This document shows, in pieces, positions 47,036 to 59,650 of a stretch of 64,000 nucleotides of DNA; position 1 is the stretch's first letter, and every line of letters begins with the position of its first letter. The translations under genes were made by a program, and so were the position numbers. Where the stretch lies: positions 13,728 to 77,727 of the forward strand of contig JAUSEN010000015.1 of NCBI GenBank assembly GCA_030650025.1. Direction: 5' to 3'. The notes under the pieces are model-generated. The model had not been told where the DNA came from. It saw only the letters and a program-made list of their open reading frames with translations, and did no database searches. This DNA is from Candidatus Magasanikiibacteriota bacterium (GTDB lineage: Bacteria; Patescibacteriota; Patescibacteriia; Magasanikbacterales; GWA2-37-8).

Positions 47036-47359
47036 TTAAAAAATTGGCTGCAGTGGAGCAAATTTTATATCTAAAACAATTCTCGTACCGAGGGCCTGTT
47101 CCAACTCGTTTAAAATTTGCTTTTTCTTGAGACGAATTTCCGCTGCCACCGCCGGTGAGGCCACACCCACTAATAGGACGCTGTTTTTAAAACAGATAAT
47201 ATTTAAATAATCTGGAATCAACTTGGGAAAATAATTTTCCAAAATTTGGTTAGCCTTCTCTACTACTAAGGCCGCTGTTACCTGGCGCGCCAAGGGTCTT
47301 TGGCCTTGCGAGCGGTCTTCTAAAATTTTTCTAATAGTCAAAAAACTCATACGCGCCAT
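47036..47359 (-). CDS. DUF721/DciA-like small protein
   Basis: 107 aa; pattern ...AALVVEKANQIL...NSVLLVGVASPAVAAEI... resembles DUF721 (by recall); overlaps start of helicase gene by 13 nt. Confidence 0.45.
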   Translation of the reverse strand: MARMSFLTIRKILEDRSQGQRPLARQVTAALVVEKANQILENYFPKLIPDYLNIICFKNSVLLVGVASPAVAAEIRLKKKQILNELEQALGTRIVLDIKFAPLQPIF

Positions 47360-50300
47360 TCACAAATATCCCGCCAATCGCAACGCGCGCAAACAAACTG
47401 GCTCGGCGTGGCCGTAAAATCACCCGTCATAATCTGGCTAATAGTCCCGGCTAATTTGGCTTTTAATTTCTCTAAATCTTTTGACTCGCCAATAAACGAC
47501 TGCTTAATTTCGTCATTTAAATAATAAAATGTTAATTTGCTCGGCTTACCAATATTTTTAAATTCAGAAATTTCGCCGACCGCAATTTGGTAGAGCAAAA
47601 GTTGTTCTTTGTCATCGCTCGTTAATTTGTCCTTGCTCTGGCCGGTTTTGTAATCAATAATTTCAATAGTGCCATCCGGCAGCTGGTCCAGCCGGTCGAT
47701 ACGACCATTCATCACATACTCCCCCACTTTAATTTTGAACCAGCTTTCAAGACCAATTGGGATGTTCCAATTGCCTTCCTCTGCACTATAAAAAACTTTA
47801 AGAATATCTTTGCCTTTTTTATACATATCTTCACGTTGGCGCTTGTTTTGGTACCAATCACTAATCCATTTGGCATCGTAGATTTTGAGAAGTTCGGCAA
47901 ATTCTGGGGCCTTAATAAGGCCATCTTTTTTGGCCACCGCTCGAGGCGGGGTATCAAATAAAGACACTTGTGAAGCGCTATTAAGCTCTTTTATTCGCTC
48001 ATAAAACGCCTGAAGAGTACTGTGCAGGCTAAGGCCAAAACTAAAACTGGCACTTCCCTTCATGGGAATACGGAGGATATGCGCGAGTTTATATTGATAC
48101 GGGCAGGTTTCGTAAGAGCGGAGCTGTGAGAAAGAAAAAGTTTTTGGCATTTCGTATTCGCCCGGCGCGGCCGGTTTAGCGCGTTCGGTTTTTTTAGGCA
48201 GTTCTATTTTTTTCTTGGCTTTATTTTCTGGCGCCACCAAACCAATCTCATCTAAAAAACGGCTGATTTTTTTAGCCCGAACGCCGCCGTAGTCAAAAGC
48301 ACTCGTAAAATAAAGGCGTTCTTTGGCGCGGGTCATGGCAACATAAAATAAACGTCGTTCTTCTTGCAGATGGCTGTCGCCCTCGGGGAGCTGTTCTTTT
48401 ACCAGGGGGTCGGGAATTTGCAAAGCTTCCGAGCGGCTCCGGGCCGGGAAACGGTCCTCGACTAGGTTTACCACAAATACATAGCGCCATTCTAGGCCTT
48501 TAGCCGCGTGCACCGTTAAAATATTAATCGACTCCGGTGTGTCGCTCGGCTGGTACAGACTACCTTTGTCGCCGGCTGCGACCACCATTAAAAAGTGCTC
48601 GATAAAATTATTAACGTGCGCGTCGGGCGTTATTGCCTCGTACTCCGCAATATAGTCAAAAAATTGTTTTAAATAGCGAATTTGGCGAATAACAGCGCCC
48701 ACCCCTTTGTTTTCTTGGTGCGTTAAGTATGTGAGATAGCCGCTATTTTCTAGGAAGTTATAGAGCACCACCGAAGGCTTGTCCGCGCGCGTAGCCTGAA
48801 GACCGGCGTGGATAATATCGATAAGTTTATTGCCAACCGCAACACCCGCTGGCGAAACGCCAAATTCGGCCGCGCGCTTAAGCGCCTCGTAGTAGGAAAT
48901 ACTTTTACGTTTTGCGCCACTAGTGATTTTTTGTAAATCATTTTCTTTAAATTCCAAAAATGGCAGGCAAAGCAGGCGGTATATGGCGCTCGACTCGTGG
49001 AAATTACTAAGCACTTTAAAAAAATTGACGCAATCAAGAATAATCGCCTGGCGATACAAGCCCGACGACGCCAAAAACTCGTAGGGAATGCCGCGGCTTT
49101 CAAAACCGTTAATAAACGCGTCCGCGTGGCTATTGGCGCGCACCAGAATCGCAAAATCGTCCCAGGTTATGTCTTCATTGGCATCTTTCAAACGCACGAT
49201 TTCTGTGAGCACGGCCGTGACTTCTTCTTCGGCAGTGGCTTTGTGTATGTGTGTTACCGTTCCCAAATTGTCATTCCGACCCGCCCTGGGCGGGGAGGAA
49301 TCTCTGTCCGTTCGCGGTCGCGAACGAGATTTCTCCCCGCCCGCCTGACTTGCATCAGCGTGTCGGGCAGGCTTCGTCGTCGAAATGACAGTTTTTTTAG
49401 CTATCAGTTTTTTATCGATTTTAAGTTTAACCTCCAGGCGGTCCGGGTTATTATTTTGAATGGACTTGTATGCAACATCAAGAATAGCTTGACCCGAGCG
49501 AAAGTTTTCCGAGAGCACCACTTCTTTAGCGTCTTGGTAATCGTCTTTAAAGCGCAGAATATTACTGACGCTGGCGCCGCGGAACGCGTAAATACTCTGG
49601 TCATCGTCCCCGACTACGGTGAGCTGCGATTTTTCGTCAGCCAGAAGCTTGATCAGCTCGTATTGCGCGTAGTTCACATCCTGGAACTCATCAACCAAAA
49701 TATATTTATACTTATTTTGGAATAGTTTTAAAATATTTGGCCGTTCGCGAAAAAGTTTAACCGTGTAAGAAAGCAAATCGCCAAAATCCATAAGCGCGCT
49801 ATCTCGGAGGAGCTGATTGTAAGTGTGGTACGCTAGAGCGAGCTCGGTCAGGCGATTCTTTTCTTCCCCGCCCAGGGCGCCGTTCTGATCTTTTTTGGTT
49901 CCCTCGGCATATTCCAGATATTCCTCGGGCGTAATCAGTTCGTCTTTGCACTTAGAGAAGTGCTTTAAAAATTCATGGATGTGTTTAGTAGGGTTACCGA
50001 GCGGGCGGTAATAATTTAAGTTAAATTTATCGAGGTTCTTCTGGATTAATATCCAACCGGCTGTGTCGGTTAAAAGCTTAAACGAATTGCTCAAACCAAT
50101 ATCAATGGCGTGATGCTCAAGAATTTTTTGGCAAAACGCGTGAAAAGTGGAGATGTGCAAATCCGCGTAGCCAACATTCGTAATTTCGTCCACCCGGGTC
50201 TGCATTTCCTCGGCGGCTTGGTCGGTAAATGTTAGAGCCAAAACTTCTTCGGGCTTGGCCAATTTCTCTTCAAGCAAACGGCAAATTTTGCTGGTGATAA

Positions 50301-50427
50301 CCGTCGTCTTCCCCGTGCCCGCGCCTGCCACAATCAAAAGCGGGCCGGCGACATATTCCACGGCTTCGCGCTGCGCTTTGTTTAATTTAAAATCCGGCAT
50401 ATATTTATCTCCCTTAATTTTTACCAT
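47347..50427 (-). CDS. UvrD/PcrA-type SF1 helicase with C-terminal PD-(D/E)xK (RecB-family) nuclease and Cys cluster
   Basis: Walker A AGAGTGKTTVI, UvrD motifs; C-terminal RIDRLDQLPDGTIEIIDYKTG nuclease motif and CARCDWRDIC; contains in-frame insert encoded by element A. Confidence 0.8.
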   Translation of the reverse strand: MVKIKGDKYMPDFKLNKAQREAVEYVAGPLLIVAGAGTGKTTVITSKICRLLEEKLAKPEEVLALTFTDQAAEEMQTRVDEITNVGYADLHISTFHAFCQKILEHHAIDIGLSNSFKLLTDTAGWILIQKNLDKFNLNYYRPLGNPTKHIHEFLKHFSKCKDELITPEEYLEYAEGTKKDQNGALGGEEKNRLTELALAYHTYNQLLRDSALMDFGDLLSYTVKLFRERPNILKLFQNKYKYILVDEFQDVNYAQYELIKLLADEKSQLTVVGDDDQSIYAFRGASVSNILRFKDDYQDAKEVVLSENFRSGQAILDVAYKSIQNNNPDRLEVKLKIDKKLIAKKTVISTTKPARHADASQAGGEKSRSRPRTDRDSSPPRAGRNDNLGTVTHIHKATAEEEVTAVLTEIVRLKDANEDITWDDFAILVRANSHADAFINGFESRGIPYEFLASSGLYRQAIILDCVNFFKVLSNFHESSAIYRLLCLPFLEFKENDLQKITSGAKRKSISYYEALKRAAEFGVSPAGVAVGNKLIDIIHAGLQATRADKPSVVLYNFLENSGYLTYLTHQENKGVGAVIRQIRYLKQFFDYIAEYEAITPDAHVNNFIEHFLMVVAAGDKGSLYQPSDTPESINILTVHAAKGLEWRYVFVVNLVEDRFPARSRSEALQIPDPLVKEQLPEGDSHLQEERRLFYVAMTRAKERLYFTSAFDYGGVRAKKISRFLDEIGLVAPENKAKKKIELPKKTERAKPAAPGEYEMPKTFSFSQLRSYETCPYQYKLAHILRIPMKGSASFSFGLSLHSTLQAFYERIKELNSASQVSLFDTPPRAVAKKDGLIKAPEFAELLKIYDAKWISDWYQNKRQREDMYKKGKDILKVFYSAEEGNWNIPIGLESWFKIKVGEYVMNGRIDRLDQLPDGTIEIIDYKTGQSKDKLTSDDKEQLLLYQIAVGEISEFKNIGKPSKLTFYYLNDEIKQSFIGESKDLEKLKAKLAGTISQIMTGDFTATPSQFVCARCDWRDICEWRV
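49268..49391. repeat. GC-rich nested-palindrome element A (MITE/RPE-like) inserted in-frame in helicase-nuclease gene
   Basis: Termini AATTGTCATTCCGAC / GTCGAAATGACAG (imperfect TIR); internal IRs CCCGCCC-tgg-GGGCGGG, GGCGGGGAGGAATCTC/GAGATTTCTCCCCGCC, GTTCGCGgtCGCGAAC; encodes low-complexity RHADASQAGGEKSRSRPRTDRDSSPPRAGRND. Confidence 0.5.
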
Positions 50428-50452
50428 ATTTTGCGCGCTCTGTCTAATAGCA

Positions 50453-50488
50453 AAAACCGCCGAGAGGTTAAACTATCCCAGCGGTTTT
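50453..50488 (-). terminator. candidate terminator after ABC exporter gene
   Basis: AAAACCGC ... GCGGTTTT stem (20-nt loop) with flanking A/T runs. Confidence 0.4.
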
Positions 50489-50505
50489 AAAGCTAAACTT
50501 TTATT

Positions 50506-52314
50506 TTACGGCGTCGCTCCATCAACCAGAAAACCTCCGGCTTGGCGCCGCCACAAATCACCGTATAAAGATTTTTCTTTCTTCAGGAGCTCGGCGTGAG
50601 TCCCCTCTTCGATTACAATGCCGTTGTTTACTACGATGATTCGATCCATTTTCATGATTGTAGACAACCGATGGGCAACCACAAGCACGGTCTTGTTCTT
50701 CATTAGCGTATTCAGAGCGTCCTGAATCAGGCTCTCGGACTCCGAATCCAAGCTAGAAGTGGCTTCATCCAAAATTAAAATTGGCGTATTACGTAAGATC
50801 GCTCGGGCAATCGCGACGCGCTGGCGTTCGCCGCCGGAAAGCTTCACCCCGCGTTCGCCCACAAATGTCTTATAGCCCTCGGGGAAACCCGAGATAAATT
50901 CGTCGCAGTGCGCGAGTTTTGCCGCCACCACCACCTCTTCGTCGCTCGCCTCTGATTTACCATAGCGAATATTTTCCAGGAGTGATCGGTGAAACAAAAT
51001 TGGGTCTTGCGGGACCAAGCTGACGCTCAACCACAAACTCTCTTGGGTCACTTGGTCTATTCTTTGCCCATCAATAGTAATGGTTCCGCCGGCAATATCA
51101 TGCTGGCGCAGAAGCAATTTAACGACGGTGGATTTCCCAGCGCCGCTCGGGCCGACCAAAGCAATTTTTTCGTGCGGCTTAACGCTTAAATTAAAGCGCG
51201 AAAAAATTTTACGCGTCTCGTGATAATAAAAATCCACCTCTTTAAATTTAATTTCGCCCTTATTAACCTCCAATTTTTTAGCCATGGCACTGTCAACAAT
51301 TTCATGCGGCGTGTCGAGAATCTGGGTCATTTCCGCGGCATCGGCCAAATCCGTGTAAACATGGCGAATTAAACGCCCAAAACTCCACACCCGGCCAACG
51401 ATTATCATCACATAAGACTGAATCAAAACAAAGTCACCAATCGTCACCAGCCCCTTTTGCCATAAGCGAATCGCTATGTAGAGGAGCAGGATATCAATCG
51501 TCGCGGACAAGGCCGCTTGAATGCTTTCAAATATGTTATCCAGATTCCAGGTAAATTTGCGTAATTTTCTTACGATATCAATCAATTCGGAAAAAGCACT
51601 AACTTCTCGACGATAACCCACAAACAATTTAACGTTGCTGTTGTTTGTTATGGTATCGGCCAAATGTGCCGTGGATTTAGTCTCGGCCGCGCTGCGCTTA
51701 AGGTCAAATTTAATTTTATAAGTGGAGAATATCCAATTAAACGAGATAAACACCACCACCCACACGGCCGCGGCTAACCCCAAATAAAAATTTAAACGCC
51801 ACAGCACCACCATCACAAACAGCATTTCCACGAGGAGTGGCACCAGATCCCAAGTAACGCGGTCGCAGATATTTTCGAACGCTCTGGTAAAATAATTCAC
51901 CCGTTTAACCAAGGATCCGACAAAATTATTATTAAAAAACTTAAAGGAGTGCCGGTGCAAGTAGCGATAGCAAGTATTCGTTAAGTTGGCCATCGAGCGG
52001 CTAAAAAATTCATTGGCACAAAAAAAAGCTAAACGCCAAAAAACCCAGCGCCCGGCCTCAAACAAGGCCAAAATAACCAGGATATAAAATAATTTTTGGA
52101 CTATAATGCTTTCTGATTCCGGAGAGGCTAAAATATCAAAAAACTGCTTATAATAAAGCGGCATGATAACGCCCATGAGCGTTGCCAAAATTGAGCCAAG
52201 CAGCATAAAACTACCCGCCTTTTTATTGCGGCGAGCTTCTTGCCAATATTTGGCTAGGGTCGATAAAATGTGAGTTTTTGGATTGGACATAACAAAATAC
52301 TGCATTTTAAGCAC
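50506..52314 (-). CDS. ABC exporter, fused permease/ATP-binding (MsbA/LmrA-like)
   Basis: 6 TM helices then NBD with GPSGAGKSTV, LSGGERQRVAIARAIL, ILILDEATS. Confidence 0.85.
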   Translation of the reverse strand: MLKMQYFVMSNPKTHILSTLAKYWQEARRNKKAGSFMLLGSILATLMGVIMPLYYKQFFDILASPESESIIVQKLFYILVILALFEAGRWVFWRLAFFCANEFFSRSMANLTNTCYRYLHRHSFKFFNNNFVGSLVKRVNYFTRAFENICDRVTWDLVPLLVEMLFVMVVLWRLNFYLGLAAAVWVVVFISFNWIFSTYKIKFDLKRSAAETKSTAHLADTITNNSNVKLFVGYRREVSAFSELIDIVRKLRKFTWNLDNIFESIQAALSATIDILLLYIAIRLWQKGLVTIGDFVLIQSYVMIIVGRVWSFGRLIRHVYTDLADAAEMTQILDTPHEIVDSAMAKKLEVNKGEIKFKEVDFYYHETRKIFSRFNLSVKPHEKIALVGPSGAGKSTVVKLLLRQHDIAGGTITIDGQRIDQVTQESLWLSVSLVPQDPILFHRSLLENIRYGKSEASDEEVVVAAKLAHCDEFISGFPEGYKTFVGERGVKLSGGERQRVAIARAILRNTPILILDEATSSLDSESESLIQDALNTLMKNKTVLVVAHRLSTIMKMDRIIVVNNGIVIEEGTHAELLKKEKSLYGDLWRRQAGGFLVDGATP

Positions 52315-52396
52315 AAAAACAGCCTGCCCTTATGCAGTTCTACAATAGAAGACGTAAAAATCTCTGATTTATTACATCACCAGAAAAACCCCATTA

Positions 52397-52831
52397 TTAT
52401 TTAGAAGAAGATATTTTTCGATATTTATTGCCAACCCGTAATCTCGACAACGCTTTTTCCATACTGGCTTGCAAAGTTACGTATTCCACGTCGTCTTTAA
52501 AACGGGCTGAAGACATTAAACTGGCGGCTTTCGCTCTCGCCTCTTCCGCGCGCGCCAAATCAATCTCGGTGGCGTGTTCAGCCGTATCCGCTAAAATAAC
52601 CACTTCACTTTTCGGTTTCACTTCAATAAACCCAGTGGAAACCGCGATCAGCTTCTCCTCTCCATTTTTAACATAGCGCAACTCACCAGGCTGCATTAAG
52701 CTCACCAGCGGAATATGATGAGGCAAAATTGTGATTTCGCCGGTTTTAGTCATAACTGTAATCTGGGAGACTTCATCGCTAAAAACCACGCGCTCGGGAG
52801 TAATAATTTTAAATTTGATTAAATCAGCCAT
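52397..52831 (-). CDS. atpC: F1 ATP synthase epsilon subunit
   Basis: N-terminal beta-sandwich KFKIITPERVVF...GEITILPHHIPL, C-terminal helices; last gene of atp operon. Confidence 0.85.
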   Translation of the reverse strand: MADLIKFKIITPERVVFSDEVSQITVMTKTGEITILPHHIPLVSLMQPGELRYVKNGEEKLIAVSTGFIEVKPKSEVVILADTAEHATEIDLARAEEARAKAASLMSSARFKDDVEYVTLQASMEKALSRLRVGNKYRKISSSK

Positions 52832-52840
52832 AAAAACAAA

Positions 52841-53089
52841 TTATTGATATTTAACCGTCTCATCAAAATCTATTATGTGTTCTCCGGTCTCCAAATCAAA
52901 ACTTAACCTGCAGTGCCACTGCTGGTTCCTTTCATCAAATTTATTTCCAATATAAACACAAGTTTTTCCAGCATCCTGCATTTCATCTTTTAGATAAGTA
53001 AAACCTCGTTCAGATAAAATAGATTTTGCTTTTATTCTGCAACTTTCTCTATTAAGTTCTCTCGTTTTCTCAATAGTTAATTCCGACAT
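52841..53089 (-). CDS. hypothetical small protein, AT-rich, inserted between atpD and atpC
   Basis: 82-aa ORF with markedly lower GC and AGA/ATA-rich codon usage than flanking atp genes; three Cys and several His; no recognised domain. Confidence 0.45.
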   Translation of the reverse strand: MSELTIEKTRELNRESCRIKAKSILSERGFTYLKDEMQDAGKTCVYIGNKFDERNQQWHCRLSFDLETGEHIIDFDETVKYQ

Positions 53090-53095
53090 AAAAAA

Positions 53096-55398
<2,303 letters not shown>

Positions 55399-55404
55399 AT
55401 AAAA

Positions 55405-58140
55405 TTAAGCCCGCGCCTGGCGCCGAGACAATAATCTGCTAATTAATACTTTGGCAATTTCCAAAACAATTACTACCGTCAATGCCACCGGTAAAATAAT
55501 AAAATAATCATTAAGCGCTAAGGAAAAAGTGTTAAAAGGTTTGTGGAGAATTGGCCAATACACCACCGCCCCAAGTAAAAGCAACTCCCACAAGACGGCG
55601 CGATTGAGCCACTTATTACTAAAGAAATTACGGAACATTGTAATTGATTCCGAACGAAACGCGTACGCTTTAATAAATTCAACCAACACCAAATTGACAA
55701 ATATTATTGTCATGACCTCACTCTCTGGCCTACCTTGGCCAAGCAAAAATATAAATAAAGCGATATTGATTACCATGGACCAAACGCCCCCGGTTAACAT
55801 TAAAGCCACAACCGGCTTCGTAAAAATGCCGGTTTTAAGATTGCGGGGCTTTTCGGACATCAAATTCTTGCGCGGCGGGTCTACGGCCAAAGCCAAAGCC
55901 GGGAGCCCATCGGTCGCGAGGTTAACATACAAAATCTGCACCGCCGTGAGCGGCAACGGGAGGCCTATTACCGTCGCGCCGACCATGATGCCAATTTCAC
56001 CGATATTGCTAGACAAAAGATAAGTTAAATATTTTTTAATGTTTCCAAAAATAATTCTCCCTTCTTCAATCGCGGCCACGATGGAAGCAAAATTGTCATC
56101 AAGGAGAAGCATATCCGCGGCTTCTTTAGCCACGTCCGTGCCGGTAATACCCATGGCAATGCCAATGTCGGCTTTTTTAAGAGCCGGAGCGTCATTAACG
56201 CCATCTCCTGTCATCGCGACCACGTGCCCGCGCGCTTGCAGGGCCGTTACCACGCGTAATTTATGCTCGGGAGAAACGCGCGCGCAAACATCGACCGACT
56301 CAATTTTATTCTCCAATTCTAACGCTGACATTTTTTCTAGTTCCGGGCCTGTTACTACTACGCCCGTCGCATTAATTAAACCCAGTTCGCGCGCAATGGC
56401 TTCGGCTGTAATGGGGTGGTCGCCGGTAATCATCATCACTTTGATTCCGGCGGCGCGACTGGTGGCAATAGCCTCGGCCGCTTCTAAGCGCGGCGGGTCA
56501 ATCATGGCCGCTAGTCCCAAAAACACCAATTCACTAGGCTTAGTGCCAAGCGCCCCGCTCTCTTTGGAAGCTATCGCGATTACCCGGAGCGCTAATTTGG
56601 AAAAATCTTCGACTTGGTTTTGTATCATACGCCGGTAGTCGTCTGTTAAGGGCGAGAAACCGCTGCCAGTCGCGATCTGGGTGCAAAAACCGAGCACGAT
56701 CTCGGCCGCGCCTTTAGCATACTGAATCTCGTAGTCAGAAGTTTTGTGAGCCGTGGCCATAAACTTATCTTCGCTACTAAAAGGAATTTCTGCGACTCGC
56801 GAGTATTCGCTGTCCAGCTCGGTTTTAATCAAACCGGCCTTAGCCGCCGCGACTACCAAGGCCCCTTCAGTGGGGTCGCCTTTAATATCCCACTGTTTGG
56901 CTTCATTCTCAATTAAATGCGCGTCCGAGCAAAGCGCGCCGGCCTTCAAAAACTCCAAAAAGCCGCCCTCGACCAAAACCGGTTTATCGCTAGCCAAAAA
57001 ATCACCCTCTGGTTCATACCCCGCGCCAGTTACATCAATAATCGGTCGCCCCGGCAAATAGATCTTGCGCACCGTCATTTCATCTTTTGTGAGAGTGCCG
57101 GTTTTATCCGTGCAAATTACGGTGGTCGCGCCGAGAGTCTCTACGGCCGGCAACCGCCGAACCAAGGCGTTTCTCTTAACCATTCTTTGTACGCCAATAG
57201 ACAAGGAAATTGTCACCACGGCCGGCAGCGCCTCTGGTACCACGGCCACGGCTAAAGCCACGCCAAACAATAATATTTCCACGAGTGGCGAGCCCCGAAA
57301 CAGACCAACCCCAACAATCACCGCTACGATTACAAACGCCGCCTGCGCCAAGCGCTTACCTACCACTGCCAAATTCTTTTGCAAAGGCGTGACCATGGAA
57401 ACGACCTCCTGAAGCATTCCGGCGATCTTACCAATTTCTGTATTCATTCCCGTCGCGACCACGACCGCGAGGCCTCGGCCATAACTGATATTAGTAGAGG
57501 CAAATACCATATTTTTGCGATCGCCCAAGGCCGCGTCTCTCGCCGCGATTGCTTCGGAGTGCTTTTCCACGGGTACAGATTCACCTGTCAAAGACGCTTC
57601 CTCGGCCTTCATATTAACCGACTCGATAATTCTGGCATCCGCCGCGATTCTATCGCCAGCCCCTAAAACTAAAATATCGCCGGGCACAATCTCTTCGGCC
57701 AAAATTTCGACCTCTTGCCCGCCGCGTAAAATGGTGGCGATTGGCGCCGCCATTTTTTTCAAAGCTTCCATGGCCTTTTCCGCCCGAAATTCTTGAACAA
57801 AACCCAAAATAACGGCAAACAAAACAATTACGCCAATCGCAATAGCTTCTACCGCGTGGCCAAGAAACCCGGACAACGCCACGCCCAAAAGCAAAATAAT
57901 AACTAAAATATTTTTAAACTGGCCTAAAAATACAGCGAAGGGAGAGATGCTTTTAGTCACAGCTAACCGGTTCAACCCAAATTGCGCCAGGCTGTGCTGG
58001 GCTTGTTCCACAGTTAATCCGCGGGTGCTCTCTGACCCGAGACTTTTTAGCACTGCCTCGCTGGTTTTAGAGTGCCATGGCTCTTGGCTAGAATCTGTCA
58101 TGATAAAAACTCTGTTAAATGGATTTTTTAAATTGCTCAA
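55405..58140 (-). CDS. P-type cation-transporting ATPase (type IIA/IIB Ca2+/Mg2+-like) embedded in atp operon
   Basis: Phosphorylation motif [13 protein letters not shown]-like actuator (TGESVPVEK), [30 protein letters not shown], 10 TM helices; an alternative ATG at 58101 would remove the 26-nt overlap with atpA. Confidence 0.9.
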   Translation of the reverse strand: MSNLKNPFNRVFIMTDSSQEPWHSKTSEAVLKSLGSESTRGLTVEQAQHSLAQFGLNRLAVTKSISPFAVFLGQFKNILVIILLLGVALSGFLGHAVEAIAIGVIVLFAVILGFVQEFRAEKAMEALKKMAAPIATILRGGQEVEILAEEIVPGDILVLGAGDRIAADARIIESVNMKAEEASLTGESVPVEKHSEAIAARDAALGDRKNMVFASTNISYGRGLAVVVATGMNTEIGKIAGMLQEVVSMVTPLQKNLAVVGKRLAQAAFVIVAVIVGVGLFRGSPLVEILLFGVALAVAVVPEALPAVVTISLSIGVQRMVKRNALVRRLPAVETLGATTVICTDKTGTLTKDEMTVRKIYLPGRPIIDVTGAGYEPEGDFLASDKPVLVEGGFLEFLKAGALCSDAHLIENEAKQWDIKGDPTEGALVVAAAKAGLIKTELDSEYSRVAEIPFSSEDKFMATAHKTSDYEIQYAKGAAEIVLGFCTQIATGSGFSPLTDDYRRMIQNQVEDFSKLALRVIAIASKESGALGTKPSELVFLGLAAMIDPPRLEAAEAIATSRAAGIKVMMITGDHPITAEAIARELGLINATGVVVTGPELEKMSALELENKIESVDVCARVSPEHKLRVVTALQARGHVVAMTGDGVNDAPALKKADIGIAMGITGTDVAKEAADMLLLDDNFASIVAAIEEGRIIFGNIKKYLTYLLSSNIGEIGIMVGATVIGLPLPLTAVQILYVNLATDGLPALALAVDPPRKNLMSEKPRNLKTGIFTKPVVALMLTGGVWSMVINIALFIFLLGQGRPESEVMTIIFVNLVLVEFIKAYAFRSESITMFRNFFSNKWLNRAVLWELLLLGAVVYWPILHKPFNTFSLALNDYFIILPVALTVVIVLEIAKVLISRLLSRRQARA

Positions 58141-59644
58141 TCGCGTCTTGCAAATCTTTGGCCACTGACTCGTCCCAAATACCAGAAGCGATTTTAGTTA
58201 ACAGCCCGCTCTGGCTCTGGTTTAAATAAGCCTGCAATTTATCCTCCCAATCTCTGATATTTTTTACGTCCACGTTATTAGCCAAACCATTCGTAATCGC
58301 GTAAATAATCGCCACTTGGTTAGCTACTGGCATCGGCTGATACTGCGGTTGTTTTAGAACTTCTACCAAACGCTGGCCCAAATCAATTTGTTTCTTGGTC
58401 TCCGGGTCAAGATCACTAGAAAATTGGGCGAAAGCTTCGAGCTCACGAAATTGCGCTAACTGTAATTTGATTTTTCCGGCCACTTTTTTCATGGGTTTAA
58501 TTTGGGCGTTAGAGCCGACCCGCGAAACCGAAATGCCCACGTTCACCGCCGGGCGAATACCGCGGTAAAATAAATCTGCTTCCAAAAATATCTGCCCATC
58601 GGTAATGGAAATTACGTTAGTTGGAATATAAGCCGTTACGTCTCCAGCTTGCGTCTCAATAATGGGCAGAGCCGTAATTGAGCCTCCCCCGGCTTCTTTA
58701 TTCCGCCGGCAGGCGCGCTCTAATAATCGTGAGTGTAGGTAAAAAACGTCTCCCGGGTAAGCTTCGCGGCCCGGCGGACGACGGAGCAAGAGCGACACTT
58801 CGCGGTAAGCCCAAGCCTGCTTGCTTAAATCATCATAAATCACCAGGACATCTTTGCCCTGGTCCATAAAATATTCAGCGATAGAAACACCGGCGTAAGG
58901 CGCGATAAACAAGAGCGCGGCCGAGTCCGAAGCGCCTGCGGAAACTACGACTGTGTAGTCCATCGCTCCGGCTTCTTTTAATTTAGCAACCAAACGGGCA
59001 ACTTTGGATTCTTTTTGGCCAATCGCTACATACACGCAAATCATATTCTGATCCTTCTGATTGATGATAGTGTCGATGGCGAGAGACGTTTTACCAGTTT
59101 GCCTGTCGCCAATAATAAGCTCGCGCTGGCCGCGCCCGATTGGAATCATAGCATCGATTGCTTTGATTCCGGTTTGCACCGGCTCCGAGACTGGCTCGCG
59201 AGTCATAACCCCGGGAGCGATTCTTTCAATCGGGTAAAACTTCTTAGTGGTAAAAGCGCGGCCGCCATCAATTGGGCTACCGAGCGGGTTCACTACCCGG
59301 CCAATCAATTCTTCGCCGACCGGCACGGACAGAATGCGACCGGTGCGCTTGGCAGTATCGCCCTCTTTAATATGTTTAAATTCGCCCAAAATTACCACCC
59401 CCACGGTTTCTTCTTCTAAATTTAAGGCTACTCCGTAAGTGACCTGACTGGCCCCGTCATTCGACGGGGTTTTCATTTCACTCAAAAATTCAATCATCTC
59501 GTTAGCTTGGCATTTAGTTAAGCCACTCAATCGAGCGATGCCATCCCCAATCTCTTCCACTTTCCCGATTTCGGCGACGGCTACTTGCTGTTCAAAATCA
59601 GCAATGTGTTTTTTTAACTCGGCAATAATCGAATTAGTAGACAT
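58115..59644 (-). CDS. atpA: F1 ATP synthase alpha subunit
   Basis: P-loop [18 protein letters not shown]. Confidence 0.95.
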   Translation of the reverse strand: MSTNSIIAELKKHIADFEQQVAVAEIGKVEEIGDGIARLSGLTKCQANEMIEFLSEMKTPSNDGASQVTYGVALNLEEETVGVVILGEFKHIKEGDTAKRTGRILSVPVGEELIGRVVNPLGSPIDGGRAFTTKKFYPIERIAPGVMTREPVSEPVQTGIKAIDAMIPIGRGQRELIIGDRQTGKTSLAIDTIINQKDQNMICVYVAIGQKESKVARLVAKLKEAGAMDYTVVVSAGASDSAALLFIAPYAGVSIAEYFMDQGKDVLVIYDDLSKQAWAYREVSLLLRRPPGREAYPGDVFYLHSRLLERACRRNKEAGGGSITALPIIETQAGDVTAYIPTNVISITDGQIFLEADLFYRGIRPAVNVGISVSRVGSNAQIKPMKKVAGKIKLQLAQFRELEAFAQFSSDLDPETKKQIDLGQRLVEVLKQPQYQPMPVANQVAIIYAITNGLANNVDVKNIRDWEDKLQAYLNQSQSGLLTKIASGIWDESVAKDLQDAIEQFKKSI

Positions 59645-59650
59645 ATTGAT

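Noticed and set aside
52315-52396. ACTGCAT...ATGCAGT 7-bp inverted repeat between ABC exporter start and atpC end as atp operon terminator
   Set aside because: Loop of 26 nt and no adjacent U-tract on the minus strand; too weak to call.
55529-58168. Plus-strand ORFs (up to 199 aa) within the P-type ATPase gene
   Set aside because: Antisense frames of a well-supported minus-strand CDS; Ser/Ala/Thr/Pro-rich low-complexity products.
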